Of a stretch of DNA of 64,000 nt, positions 28,874-44,670 are shown in pieces. Numbering within the stretch: position 1 is the stretch's first letter; every line of letters begins with the position of its first letter. Under the pieces are notes generated by a model, which worked only from the letters and a program-made list of their open reading frames with translations, did no database searches and had not been told where the DNA came from. Source of the stretch: Chrysomallon squamiferum (lineage: Eukaryota > Animalia > Mollusca); contig CM022676.1 in NCBI GenBank assembly GCA_012295275.1, forward strand, positions 4,402,001 to 4,466,000. Reading direction: 5' to 3'. A program made the translations under genes and the position numbers.

Positions 28874-30541
28874 TGTTAATGTACATGTCTATACATGCTT
28901 ATGTTATTGCGTTTTTGTCTGTACGTACGTTCGTATGTATGTACATCTGTATGTGTGTGTACATTTATATGTATATACTAATTTTGTTAAGCATATGTAT
29001 GTATGTATGTATGTATGTATCAGTGTATAGATGTATGGACAATGTATCTGTGTATGTATACGTATGTATATACACGTATACATACATTTAGCAGTTATGT
29101 AACTTCCCTTTGTTATGTCCCTTGTCTATTTCCTGTTCTAACTGTTTGCTCACAAATTCCTTTAACCTATTTTCTATCATTTCAATCATTGTTACACAAG
29201 CAACAATAAACAATCGTTGTTTTTTGTTTCTTTTAATGGTTCCTCTTCCTGATATACTTTTAAGTCTGGATAACATGTAAAATCAACTATTTACATCTGC
29301 TAGTACAGTTCTAGAAGTTTGAAAAGAGGGTAATGGAAAGAAAAAAACAATTAAACTCTTCAGGACAACAGAGATAAGTTTCCTAATTTATTGAAAGGCA
29401 ATTTTAGTAATACATCTGTGTTCAGAGATGTTAAAGTGATTACATCAGTTAATTTGTAGTTTTCTCTACCCCAATTCTTCAGTTCCTTTTCTTTGTTATA
29501 AATGAACTGTGCAAAAAATACTGAAGACGTACAACAGTAATTCTACATCACAATGTCAGCCACAAGTCGATTCATTAGAACAGAGAAACACACGTTTGAA
29601 GGGTGCAAGTGAAAATATTGTATGTGGATTTTATTATTATTTATTTATTTATATATTTTTCTGGTCAACAATGTAGCTATGCAGTATATCATTATATCAT
29701 CCATTTTTGAAGATTATGAATTATTTTTTATTTTATATTTTTTTTGATACCGCTGTTTACAGAGTATCAACAAATGGAATTCCACGGGTTGAACAGTTCT
29801 TCACGTGAATCCCATGTGTTCGTCCGTTATAAATACTACCCAAGCCGTTAATATGAAAAACCAGTTCGTATGCACTCCTCAAACTTTTACAGAATCATCA
29901 CAAAATCATCATACAGAATTAAACCCCACTCAATGCAGATTGAGTGTAAAAAGATGAAGAACTCAAAAGTATCACCAAAAATGATACGGGTTACCAGACA
30001 CTAAAGCAGGTACTCTTGTTAGTAAATAAAACTGTAAATATAGTTTTATTGTCATTGTCAGCCAGAAATTTCATTTCTCATGTCACCGATACACAGGAAG
30101 AAAAAAAAAAATAATAATAAAAATAAAAATGCGAATTTGAACGAAGTTTCGTTTCTTGGATATCATCGCGGGAAGACATTACTGAGATTGATAAAACTAT
30201 TTTCTTTTTTTAATTTATGTTTTTATGTGTATCTACTTAATACTTAATTTTAACTGATAAATATCAAGAGATATTAACATAGTTACATTCACAATTCACG
30301 CAATGTTAGTGAATGGTAGAAATTCGCGATTGGCAACTCCTCATTAAAATGTTCATAACTTTTCTCACAGGTAGTTCTTTACACAGTTCAAATCTGGCGT
30401 CACTGTTGAAACTGAAGTCTCCCTATTTAAATAAAAATATTTAACAAATTAATATTCCCCAAGTTTTCGTGAAAGTGCCTTAAAAAGTGAATGATTGACA
30501 AACAGAACTTGTTTCCTTGTTTATCATTCATGAACAGGATC

Positions 30542-30654
30542 TCATTTGTTCTCAAATTTGATGACGTCATATGGGACGTCATTTCGTCTTTCCTCTAGAG
30601 AAGAATATGGATTCCCTGTGTCTTGATGCTCTGCTGCTGTTGCAGTCTGATTAT
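30542..30654 (-). CDS. Terminal ITAM exon DNQTATAAEHQDTGNPYSSLEERRNDVPYDVIKFENK*
   Basis: tttcag acceptor, YSSL-x8-YDVI, TGA stop. Confidence 0.72.
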
Positions 30655-31540
30655 CTGAAACATGAATTAAATTATCTTTTGACTTACATAATCATTGATA
30701 GCGCGTTCATGTATTTATTGAGTGTATTAATATACATGTAAGAATCTTTGTATGTAGCTACGTACACATACATATCTGAGTGTATGCATATATGTATCTA
30801 CGTGGGTGTTTGTGTGTCTCTATCTACGTGAGTATATATGTATGTGTGTGTAAGTAGGTATGTGTGTGTATGTATGTATGTATGTGTATATGTCAACTTA
30901 CCAGAAACCTGACTAACGTTGTAGTACACAGGCTGATTTCAGCTGATTCTGAAATTTCAAAAGTAAATAAAATATATTACATATACATTGAAGTAATAAT
31001 CTGAAAAGAAACAAAGAAATGCAAACACACGTACATGTACACATACCATACAATCATACATATGTGTGTGTATATATATATAGATAGATAGATAGATAGA
31101 TAGATATTACATACATATATCCATATTACGTACTTACATACATTACATCTTTACGAATGTACATACATACATATATATTAGATATATATATACATACAAA
31201 CATATACACATACAAACATACATAGATACATAAATATATACAGATCCAAACATACATAGATATATACGCAGATACATAGTGACAGACAGACAGACGCACA
31301 TACGTACATATATACATGCTTACATACATTCATCCATATATAAATGAATATAGACATGCCTATGTACGTATTTAAACACATGAATATATTTTAGAGACAG
31401 AAAGAAAATAGTACAAATATATAAATTAAAATACCTTTCTGGATTAGAAGCTGCCTTCTTCTTTCCTATAATATTAATAATAATATACTAATAATAATAA
31501 TAATAATAATAAGAAGAAGAAGAAGAAGAAGAAGAATAGC

Positions 31541-31574
<34 letters not shown>

Positions 31575-31601
31575 TCATCATCACTATCATAAACATAGTT
31601 A

Positions 31602-31640
<39 letters not shown>

Positions 31641-33118
31641 CAGTAGTAGTAATCCTAATAGTTGTGGTGGTGTTGATGGTGGTGGCACTGAAACTAGTAC
31701 TAGCTATTGTTATGTATACAATATACCTCTCTCTTCAAATTACGCTATTTAATTGCAGAGCCCTTTATTGGGAATAGTACCTATCGTGAAATATTTTTTG
31801 TATTATGTCTGTCTGAAATAAATCCATGATTAAACCTTGTTCTGCTTGCAAATCATTTTTCTTTATCAGGTGTCTGAAATGCCCAGTTAGTCGCGAACAC
31901 AGGTTTGGTTACTCTGTTCAGGGTAATTGGCTGCATTAGACTAGATTTATCTCCCTTGTACTTATAGGTAAAACTAAATAAAATTCATAATAAAATAAAC
32001 AAACGAACAAAGAAACAAATAAAGATACAAACAATAAACAAGCAATAGCATGATTCAATTAATAAATGAATGAATGGATAAAAGGAGCAACAAACAAATG
32101 CACGAATGAATGAATAAATAATACAAAGTAAAATAAAAAGAAATATACAAATAAGTAAACAAAGAAGTAAAAAAGAAAGAAAGAAACTAGCAGACAAACA
32201 AACAAATAAATAAGTAAATAAGAAACAAACAAACCCAACAAAAATAAATAAATAAATCAGTAAATAAATAAACAAATAAAGAAATACTTCTTTTGTTTCG
32301 AACGTAGAGAACAACGACAATGACAATTATAACAGACAGAACAAGCAAAGTTCCAAAACCGCTGCCAAATCCTTTTCCATACTGACCGTTGTCTTCTACA
32401 GAACCTAAAAATTCATTAACACAAATAAAAATTTGAAACTGAGTTAATATATTGTTTATATTCCTTCAATAATTAGTTAATTTTTTATATTTGATATTAT
32501 CAAAACATCTTCACAGACTAGGTAATTATTTATTTGATGTTGCTAAATTATCTTCAGTTAAAACGTAACTTTCATTCGTATTAATTGAATTTTCTTTAAC
32601 AAACATGCATATACTCATACTACATAAACACAAACTGCAAAAGCTCAGAAATAGAGACGCACACAGACACACACGTATGTACATACAGACAAATATACAT
32701 ACATAGATACATACATATATTTTTTCATAAACATACACACATATGGACACACGTATGAAGAATCAAGATAACGTACATAGAAGAAACGATTCCAAAGATT
32801 TTCTGACTTCTGTTTTCACTTTGTTTTCACTTTGTTTTCGGCCTCATAATAAAATCCTTCCCAGTCTGAACAAGATGTCACTATCCAACTGTATTCCAAT
32901 GTCGTGGCGTTCTGAACTTCGTGCAGCAGCTGTCTCCCTTTCAGTATTTTAATGGCAGACTTCGGATTACTATCAACGTTACATACAAACGTAGCATTTA
33001 GTTTATTCTCCCTTGCCTTGTTAGTTAAATGTTCAATGATCACTTTCGTCATAATGGACGGTTGGTATGGAGTCAAAAAAAGTACACTTTAATATTTCTC
33101 TATCATTTATTATCCATC

Positions 33119-33328
<210 letters not shown>

Positions 33329-33727
33329 CTCTCTGAGTAGTTTTTCTATAACTATTTTATGATCTGTATTCAAAACTAAACTCAAAATAAAATGAATTAA
33401 AACTCACACGTAACGTTAATAATAATTTTGCTATGCGATGTTTGGTTCGTATCCGGATTAGAAGCAATGCATGTGTAGACGCCATCTTGAAATCTCGTGA
33501 TATTAGTCAGTGCCAGTAGTCCGTTGTTACTGACAATCTGATTGGTCAGTTCCCATCTGTAAAGGCATTTGATAAAACAATCGGCTTTGCATGATATTGT
33601 GACGTCACTTCCTTCCTGTACTGTGATGTCAGATGAAGAATTGACTCGAAGTGAACTACCGGGACCGTCTGTGAATTTACTTTTTTTAAATTATAATAAT
33701 AATAGTAACAATAATAACAACAATAAC

Positions 33728-33789
<62 letters not shown>

Positions 33790-33874
33790 TAATAACAATA
33801 ATAATAAAAATAATGATAATAATAACATTTAATAAATAAATACATCAATGGTATTTGTTTGTTTCTATTTTATC

Positions 33875-34819
33875 ATCGATTTTTGTATTTCAACCATTCT
33901 GATTTTACACACCTCTCTTTTCTTTTCTGTTATTCTCTATTTATCTGTTACTCTGTCTGATTGTTCTTTCTTTCTTTACTTCCCTGTATCCACACATCCA
34001 TCCATCTGTCTACCCAATCACTGTCTCTGAATATATAATTACACATGTAACAACGTATGTCTAACGAAATGACACAACATGGGTTTAACGAATTGTGGGC
34101 AAGCAGTTAGAGCAAGGAAACAGACAAGGGACATAATAAAGGAGAGTCACTTAACTACTAAACGTATGTGTGTGTGTGTGTGTGTGTGTGTGCATATATA
34201 TATAAACGTATACACATACATAGGTATAGTATACATACACAGAAACAGATATATATATACACACACACTCACACACATATTCATACGTACATAATATATC
34301 AGAGTATGACAGTACACTATACAGCCTAACCTAACGCAATGTAACATAATGTAATATAGTATAAAAATATTTAATAAAGCAAGCATAATAGTAATAACAA
34401 AACAACAACAGTAATAACATACAGACACACACACACACACACACACATATTCCAGTATAAACCGAACACAATAGAGAGAGTATGCTACTCAATGACTTGA
34501 CAGAAAGAATATCATGTGTTTTGTAGTATATCTTTTGTTCGTCTTTTTCCATGCATGACTGGTTTTAAACAGAGTGGTACAGTCACAACATACCACAATA
34601 AAACTGACCACGTGATGTCATGATGTATATATATATATATACATATATTTAAACATTTCATATACCAAAATAAAACTGACGAATGTTTAAATATATATAT
34701 ATAGATAGATATATATGCGTCATCACATGACTTGGTCAGTTTTATTTTGGGATGTTGTAACTCTACACTCTATTTATGTGTGTGTGTGTGTGCGTGTGTG
34801 TGTGTTTGTGAGTTATGTA

Positions 34820-34905
<86 letters not shown>

Positions 34906-35461
34906 CAAACATATACCCACATACATAGATATATACATATTGAGATATATACATACATATATACATATATGTATATACACACACACACATACATTCATAC
35001 GTACATAATATACAATAACATGACAGTACACTACACAACGTAACGTAACGACGTCTAACATAATGTAATACAATATAAAAATATGTAACAAAGCAAGCAT
35101 AATAATAATAACAAAACAACAACAGTAATAACACACACACACCTACACACATACCACACACATATTCCAGTATAAACCGAACACAATAGAAAGAATATGC
35201 TACTCAATGACTTGACAGAAAGAGTATCATGTGTTTTGCGTTAAATCTTTTGTTCGACTTTTTCCATCCATGACTGGTTTTAAACAGAGTGGTAGAGTTA
35301 CAACATACAACAATAAAACTGACCAAGTCTTGTCATAAAGTAAGAAACAAAACTTGGCAAACATCCATGTTGCCTAGGTTACGCCACAATTCAAAATGGC
35401 CGCCCTTTATCTATGCAGCAAAGATTTCTAATTACTAAAAATGCACACGCACACTTACTTA

Positions 35462-35506
<45 letters not shown>

Positions 35507-36486
35507 GTATGTATGTATACACATATACAAGCATACACTGATACCCGAACATGCACATATACCACCTACCTGCCTACGCTCATAAATATGATATACATAC
35601 AACATATGTACATGCTATATATATCTATATATATATATATTTTAACATTACATATATGTGTGTGTGCAAATATGTTTGTGTATATATATATATATATATA
35701 TGTAAACACACACATATACATACATTCATACATATATACATATAGAGATATATACATATAAATATACGTACTTAACTACATGTATATTTACATATATGTA
35801 GAAATGCAAATACCGAAATACATACACCTGTAAGGTAAAATACCTTCAACATACTTATAAACGTAGATAAATACAAAAAAATAAATAAATAAAATAAATT
35901 AACCAAAAGTATAAATAAATACAAAAAAAAAAATAAAATAAAATAAAAAGAAAACGAAGAAGAAGAAGAAGAAATAACCTACTAAGAAGAATTAACTATT
36001 CAAAATACAACTCTGTATGTTATATCTCAGGCTGTATTAGGTATTTTTTCTGATTCAATCGAGTGGATTTAGTTTATTAATAAATATGCAGAGCCAATGA
36101 GACTTTTGGTCACGTTCTGTTTGACACAGGAAGTAAACGTCATAAGTTACCAGAATAAAGTACAAGAAGAAGGCGTCGAAAACTGGTTTTACATTAGCAG
36201 CAGTAAAATCTAAAAAGAAGTCAAGAAAAGAAACTAACTATATTTTTATTAACGGCAGTTAAAACTAAAACACTGGAAATGAGTTGTAAGTTATTCTGTG
36301 TGTTCGTTTTACTGGGATGTGTAATTTACGTACAAGGTATGTATTTTATATTCCTCTCAAATGACAGACGTCTCATAAAGAATAGTCTAGCATAAACAAC
36401 AGAAGACACGGTTGTGTGCATTTACTAATGACCTGCCGTTTACCTTGAATAATACATGTAATAAATTATAGACTGGTCCGATAGAA
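33875..36486 (+). repeat. Inverted copy of the upstream/promoter region of copy A (about 7100-9730)
   Basis: Reverse-complement match that includes the leader exon; begins inside the Ig3-Ig4 intron of D'. Confidence 0.8.
36279..36336 (+). CDS. Plus-strand leader exon MSCKLFCVFVLLGCVIYVQ(G), pointing into the gap
   Basis: 58 nt, ATG to CAAG|GTATGT. Confidence 0.72.
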
Positions 36487-36686
36487 NNNNNNNNNNNNNN
36501 NNNNNNNNNNNNNNNNNNNNNNNNNNNNNNNNNNNNNNNNNNNNNNNNNNNNNNNNNNNNNNNNNNNNNNNNNNNNNNNNNNNNNNNNNNNNNNNNNNNN
36601 NNNNNNNNNNNNNNNNNNNNNNNNNNNNNNNNNNNNNNNNNNNNNNNNNNNNNNNNNNNNNNNNNNNNNNNNNNNNNNNNNNNNNN
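36487..36686. other. Assembly gap (200 N)
   Basis: Run of n. Confidence 0.99.
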
Positions 36687-36868
36687 CGCGTAATTTCCAT
36701 TAACAGTGACAAAACATTACAGTGTCCGGGCCCAAAAACTATACACGTCATAGATGACGTCATTCTCAAACCACCTGACGCGATGTGAAGTTTGGAAAAT
36801 CTGACATGTCAACGTAAATGAAAGACCGCTGACAACGTAAGGGGCAGATCCCTGAAGATTCGGGCGTC
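36687..36868 (-). CDS. Copy D Ig3 exon, truncated by the gap
   Basis: cag|GRPNLQGSAPYVVSGLSFTLTCQIFQTSHRVRWFEN; indels near the gap edge are probably low-quality sequence. Confidence 0.75.
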
Positions 36869-37122
36869 CTGAAAGTAAACTGTAAACATTAAACACACCC
36901 TGGCACGCCCACACCCTGAGACACAGAGAGAGAAACACACTCAGATAAATACATAGATAAAACAATCTATAGCCTAACAAAGTGAGTCTAATTTTATCTG
37001 GATATTCTTAAATAAACGTTTATATCTAACAAATATTATTATAAATATACACGTCTAACAAATATTGACTTGTTTGTTTATTTTATCATTTGTATTTTTA
37101 CTCTAATTAGTTTATTACTTAC

Positions 37123-37383
37123 TATGAACAGTCAAATGAAGTGTTTTATTAGCAGTTTGTTTCGTATCTGGATTTTCAGCCGTACACACATAGAGACGTG
37201 ATTGTGATATATGAACATTAGCCAATGACAGAATATTTGTGTTACTTATGACGTCATCTGCGACCTTCCATTGATAATTACACGTGATGAAACACGTCGC
37301 CGAACACAACAGTGTGACGTCACTTCCTTCCACAACAGTCACAACAGATGAAGTATTCAGTTTGAGTGATGTTCCAGGACCAT
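37123..37383 (-). CDS. Copy D Ig2 exon (C2-like)
   Basis: 261 nt, open, tag|...|gtaagt. Confidence 0.87.
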
Positions 37384-37678
37384 CTATAAAAAGCAAAAAC
37401 ATTATCAACATCAGCATCATCATTATCGGCATCATCATTGACTTCATACATTTGTTTTATCTTTCACAGAGTAGAAACTGTGGGTTGCTCGTATTGTTAG
37501 TTGTGAATGTTGTCGTCGTAGTGATGGTGATATCGTAGTGTTTCAGTTGTTGCTGTTATTATTATAACTATTTATTTATTCTGTTATTATTTTTGATGAT
37601 TTATTAATTTTATTGTTTTTTCGTCATTAACAGTACTTATTTCGTAGGATGATAATAATAAACAAAACTGATTTTTAC

Positions 37679-37981
37679 CTCTCACTTCCAGTTTTATTTC
37701 ATTGCTGCGCTCAAAAAGATCACCACATCTCCACACTGTTCCATGTTGACTGAGTTTCACTGATTTTATTGTCAGAGTGTTAATACCATTTGAACAGTTA
37801 AAAGTGTATTCTTCTGGATGTTTACTATAAAAATGACACTGTCCAAGTTCATGCATTATGTGTTCTGTGTTATTCTCAAACCAAATTATTACATCAGAAT
37901 GGAAAGCTGTCTTGCAGGTAAAAGTAAAAGGTGATCCAACAATTGCATATCTGTTTGATGTTGTTAAATTGTAATACAGAC
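37679..37981 (-). CDS. Copy D Ig1 exon (V-like)
   Basis: 303 nt, open; GLYYNLTTSNRYAIVGSPFTFTCKTAFHSDVIIW...WRCGDLFERSNEIKLEVR. Confidence 0.88.
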
Positions 37982-38724
37982 CTAAAATTTTAAATAATAA
38001 AAAAAAAATATATAAAATTAAATTCATTTTTCATAATTACATTCTTGTTAATTTTTTGTGTTGTTTTCATTAATTTATTTATTTATTATTTATTTATACT
38101 TCATTCCATAATTATGTTACATTACGTTACGTTCCTTTACGCTCTGTTATGGACCGTCATCTTGTTATGATTTTTTATGTTATGTTATTGTCTCATGTTT
38201 TAATACGGATATGTTTCAAAAATTCAAATCACACAATTACGCAGATATTTTTTACATTAGTCAACGAAACATAACTTCGACTCAATTTAGATTTCTCAGT
38301 TTGTAAATTAAATTAACTCAGGTACAGATAAATAGTTGCGTCTCAAAAGACAGACTGACAGCCCATAATAGAGACACGCCATTTCACAGACAAAACTCTT
38401 TATTAGGTCATGTATCCTGTACACCCCTGACTGCATTAATGGTATGCTCCAGTCTGTTCATACAAGCAACAGCGAGAGCCTAATTATAATCTGGTAAATG
38501 TAATCAATAAATCTACAAAGAAATCTATGAATAAATATAATTTTATATAATTTTGTTCTCTGTTCTGTATTTAGTTTTATCGGACCAGTCTATAATTTAT
38601 TACAGGTATTATTCAAGGTAAACGGCAGGTAATTAGTAAATGCACTCAACCGTGTCTTGTGTTGTTCATGCTGTACTATACTTTATGAGACGTCTGTCTT
38701 TTAGGAGGAATATAAAAAACATAC

Positions 38725-38781
38725 TTGTTCGTAAATTACAGATCCCAGTAACACGAACACACAGAATAACTTATAACTCAT
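38725..38781 (-). other. Copy D proximal leader exon, 1 nt short (57 nt, phase 0)
   Basis: MSYKLFCVFVLLGSVIYEQ ends CAA|GTATGT, lacking the terminal G, so it is out of phase with Ig1. Confidence 0.68.
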
Positions 38782-39119
38782 TTCAAGTATTTTACTTTTT
38801 ACTGCTGTTAATATAAAAGCAGTTTTCGACGCCTTCAACGTATGAGGTTTACTTCCTGCTTCATACACAATATGAACACAAGTGTCACTGGCTCTGCATA
38901 TTTATGTTTCCCAAGGTTTGTTTCTTACCTTATGACATGACTTGGTCAGTTTTATTTTGGTATGTTGTGACTCTACCACTCTGTTCAAAACCAGTCATGG
39001 ATGGAAAAAGTCGAACAAAAGATTTAACGCAAAACACCTAATACTCTTTCCTGTTTCGATATTTGCATTTATACATATATGTAAATATACATGTTGTTAA
39101 GTACGTATATATGTATGTA

Positions 39120-39189
<70 letters not shown>

Positions 39190-40130
39190 TGAATGTGTGT
39201 ACATGTGTGTGTTTACATATATATATATATATATGTGTCTGTGTGTGTTGTATGTATATAATATTTATGAGCGTAGGCAGGTAGGTGGTATATGTGCATG
39301 TTCGGGTATCTGTGTATGCTTGTATATGTGTATACATACATACCTATATATATATATATGTGTATGTGTGTGTGTGTGTGTGTGTTTTTATGTGTGTGTG
39401 TGTGTAAGTAAGTAAGTGTGCGTGTGCATTTCTGGTAATTAGAAATCTTTGCTGCATAGATAAAGGGCGGCCATTTTGAATTGTGGCGTAACCTAGGCAA
39501 CATGAATGTTTCCCAAGGTTTTTTTCTTACGTTATGACAAGACTTGGTCAGTTTTATTTTGGTATGTTGTGACTCTACCACTCTGTTTAAAACCAGCCAT
39601 GGATGGAAAAAGTCGAACAAAAGATTTAACGCAAAACACATGATACTCTTTCTGTCAAGTCATTGAGTATCATACTCTTTCTATTGTGTTCGGTTTATAC
39701 TGGAGTATGTCTGTGTGTGTGTGTGTATGTGTAGGTGTGTGTAGGTGTGTGTGTGTTGGTGAATGTTTGTAGCTCTATGTAGGTGTGTGTGTATGTGTGT
39801 AGGTGTGTGTGTGTAGGTGTATGTGTGTGTTATTATTGTTGTGGTTTTATTATTATTATTATGCTTGCTTTGTTACATATTTTTATATTGTATTACATTA
39901 TGTTACACGTCGTTACGTTACGTTGTGTAGTGTACTGTCATATTATTATATATTATGTACGTAACAATGTATGTGTGTGTGTCTTTGTATATATATATAT
40001 ATATATATATACACGTATCTATCTATCTACCTATATATAATTATGTCCCTTGACTGTTTTTCTGTTCTAACTCCTTACCCAAAATTCGGTTAACCGATGT
40101 TCTGTCATTTCGTTAGACATACGTTCTTTT

Positions 40131-40162
<32 letters not shown>

Positions 40163-40287
40163 ATTCATGTGAGTATCTGTGAAGATATTTTACTATACAG
40201 GGGTATGTATTTCCATATTTCCATTTATAGATATATGTATGTATATATCTCAATATGAATATATGTATGTATGTGGGTATATGTTTG

Positions 40288-40329
<42 letters not shown>

Positions 40330-40737
40330 TACATAACTCACAAACACACACACACATAAATAGAGTGTAGAGTTACAACATCCCAAAATAAAACTGACCA
40401 AGTCATGTCATGACGCATATATATCTATCTATCTATCTATCTATCTATATATATATATTTATACATTACATATAATGACATGACCTCGTCAGTTTTATTT
40501 TGGTATATGTAATGTTTGAATATATATATATATATATATATATGTTTTGTGTGTGTGTGTGTGTCTGTATGTTATTATTGTTGTTGTTTTGTTATTATTA
40601 TTATGCTTGCTTTATTATATATTTTTATACTATATTACATTATGTTACATTGCGTTACGTTAGGCTGTATAGTGTACTGTCATCTTCTGATATATTATGT
40701 ACGTATCAATATGTGTGCGTGTGTGTGTGTGTATATA

Positions 40738-40793
<56 letters not shown>

Positions 40794-41882
40794 TAGATAG
40801 ATAGATATATCTGTTTCTGTGTATGTATACTATACCTATGTATGTGTATACGTTTATATATATATATATATATAAAAACACACACATATGTTTAGTAGTT
40901 AAGTAACTTCCCTTTATTATGTCTCTTTTCTGTTTTCCTGTTCTAACTCCTTGCCCACAATACGTTTAACCCATGTTCTGTCATTTCGTTAGACGTACGT
41001 TCTTATATGCGTAATTATATATTCAGAGACAGTGATTGGGTAGACAGATGGATGGATGTGTGGATACAGTGAAGTAAAGAAAGAAAGAACAATCAGACAG
41101 AGTAACAGGTAAATAGAGAATAACAGAAAAGAAAAGAGAGGTGTCTAAAACCAGAATCGTGGAAATACAAAAATCGACGGAGAAAGCTTGTTATAAACAA
41201 AGACACACAAACAGACTAACACATTTGAAAGACAAAGAGAAACATTACTTTCTTATTGTGTACGACGGGAAAGAATAAAATACAGCAGAGAAAGGGAAAA
41301 TGTATTTATTATGTCAACGAAAAATATCTTTGTAATCTCGAACACACAAAGAAACCTGCTATATGAAAAAGAAACATCACATAGTCACCAGAGAAATAGT
41401 ACACACGGGTTTAGTAGTTATATCAGTTCCCTTCAATACGACCCTAGTCCGGTTTCCCGTTATAACACCTTGTTCACAATTCCGTTTACCCATTTTCTCT
41501 CATTTCGGTCTTTGTTACATAAGCAACAATTCCCAATAAAATGTAACAGTACAGAGAAAGACACTTAACAGGAAACATGCACATACAGAAACATTGTTCA
41601 AAAAAACAAAAGCATTTTAAATCCAATCTATGTCGTTTATTTCAATATAAAAAAAAAATAAAAATAAAAGATTCGAACGCCCGAACCCTCGTCTAACTTT
41701 TACAAAATCATCACATAGAATTTACTTTACACTCTGTTATTATGTCGTGTTGTTATGTTATGTTATGTTATTGTCACGTGTTTTAATACAGGTATGTTTC
41801 GTAAATGCAAATCACACAATTACGCATATATTTTTAACATTAGTCAAGGAAACATAACTTCGACGCAATATGAAATACATAC

Positions 41883-41940
41883 CTTGTATGTAAATTACAG
41901 ATCCCAGTAACACGAACACAGAGAATATCTTACAACTCAT
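41883..41940 (-). other. Extra intact leader exon MSCKIFSVFVLLGSVIYIQ(G)
   Basis: 58 nt, GT donor, own promoter block, no adjacent Ig exon. Confidence 0.72.
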
Positions 41941-42911
41941 TTCCAGTGTTTTAGTTTTAACTGCCGTTAATAAAAATATAGTTACTTTCTTTTCTTCACT
42001 GCTTTCTCGATTTTACTGCTCTTAATGTAAAATCAGTTTTCGACGCCTTCTTGTTGTACTTTATTCTGGTAACTTATGAGGTTTTATTCCCTGTTTCATA
42101 CAGAATATGCACAAAAGTCTCATTGGCTCTGCATATCTATTAATAAACTAAATCCACTCGATTGAATCAGAAAAAATGCACAGTGCAATATGTCACACAG
42201 CGTTGAATTTTGAATAGTTAATTCAGCTTAGAATGTTTTTTCTTCTTCTTCGTTTTGTTTTTATTTTATTTTCTTTTAATTTTCTTTTATTAATTTTTTA
42301 TGTTTTTATTATTATTTTTTTATTTTATTATTGATGTGCACGTGTATTTATGTACGTTTATAGGTATATTTGAAGGTATTTTACCTTACAGGTGTAAGCA
42401 TTTCCATATTTGCATATGTGTCTATATATGTGTCTTTACATATATATGGATACATACACAAATATATACATATACACACACACATATATATATGTATGTA
42501 TGTATATTCATATATGCATGTATATAATATTTATGAGCGTAGGCAGATAGGTGATATATGTGTGTATGTCAATATTCGGGTATCAACGTGTGATTGTATA
42601 TGTGTCTGTGTGGGTGCGTGTAAGTAAGTGTGCGTGTGCATTTCTGATAATTAGAAATCTTTGCTGTAGAGATAAAGGGCGGCCATTGTCGCGTGACATA
42701 TACAACATGGATGTTTGCCAAGTTTTGTTTCTTACGTCATGACGTGACTTGGTCTGTTTTACTCTGGTATGTTGTAACTCTACCACTCTGTTCAAAACCA
42801 GCCATGGATGGAAAAAGACGACCACAAATTAATCTCAAAACAGATGATATTCTTTATTTTGTCACGCCATAGTGTAACATACTCTTTCTATTGTGTTCGG
42901 TTTATACTGAA

Positions 42912-42969
<58 letters not shown>

Positions 42970-44618
42970 TTCTGTATGTTAATATTGTTGTTGTTTTTGC
43001 TATTATTATTATGCTTGCTTTATTGGATATTTCTGTAACGTGTTACATTATGTTACATTGCGTTACGTTACGCTGAGTAGTGCACTGTCATATTGTGATA
43101 TATTATGTACGTATGTATGTATCTCTGTGTGTGTGTGTATATACATATGTATGTATACTATACCTATGTATGTGTCTACGTATATCTATATATACATACA
43201 CTCACACACACAAATACGTTTAGTTGTTACATAACTTCCCTTTATTATGTCCCTTGTCTGTTTTCCTGTTCTAACTCCTTGCTCACAATACGTTTAACCC
43301 ATGTTGTGTCATTTCGTTAGATGTATATTCTTACACATGTAATTATATATTCAGAAACAGTGCTTGGGTAGACAGATGGATGGATTTGTGGATACAGTGA
43401 AGTAAAGAAAGAAAGAACAATCAGACAGAGTAACAGATAAATAGAGAATAACAGAAACGAAAAGAGAGGTGTGCCTAAATCAGAATGGCTGAAATACAAA
43501 AATCGATGGAGAAAGCTTGTTATAAACAAAGACACGCAAACAGACGAACACATTTGAAAGACAAAGAGAAACATTAGTTTACTTATTGTGTACGAAGAGA
43601 AAGAATAAAATATAGCAGAGAACTGGAAAATGTATTTATTATGTCAACGAAAAAGCTATTTGTGATCACGAACACCGATAAAGACCTGATCATATATTAT
43701 TAAGAATGATAAGATAATGAGCAGAGGAATAGTACACACTGGTTTAGTTCTTACATCAGTTCCCTTCATTACGTCCCTTGTCCTATTCCCCATTCTAACT
43801 GCTTGATCACAATTCCTTTAACCCAGTTTCTCTCATTTCGGTCTTTGTTACATAAGCAACAATTCCCAATAAAATCTAACAGTACAGAGAAAGACATTTA
43901 ACAGGAAACATGCAGACGCAGAAACAAGGTTTAAAAACAAAAAAAAATAAAAAAATCTAGTCCAAGCCGTTTGTTACAATATATATAAAAAAAAAAAAAA
44001 AAAATCGATTTGTACGCCCGAACCCTCGTCTAACTTTCACAAAATCATCACATAGAATTATCCTTTACTCAATGTAAATAGAGAATAAACATATGAATAA
44101 CTCACAAGTATCACAAAAAAAGGTAACAGCTTGAATAGACATGGTTTTACTACGTATATATAACTAAATCCACTCGACTGAATCAGAAAAATACATAATG
44201 CATTCTGAGATATAACATATAGCGTTGTATTTTGAATAGTTAATTCTGCTTCGAGTGTTATTTCTTCTTCTTCGATTTCTTTTTATTTTAAAATATTTTG
44301 TTTATATATTTATTATTATTATTTGATTACTTATTTTCTACTCTTGTCCGAGTGGATTTATATACCTTTATAAGTATGTGTGAAGATATTTTACCATAAA
44401 GTAGTATGTATTTCCATATTTGCATTTATACACATATATATATAGACATGTAGTTAAGTATATATGTATGTATATATCTCTCTATATATATATATGTATG
44501 TATGTATGAAGACACATATACATATACATATATATATATATATAATGTTTAAATATATATCTATATATATACACACATGTAGGTAGGTGGTATATGTTCG
44601 GATAACAAAGTTTCCTTT

Positions 44619-44670
<52 letters not shown>

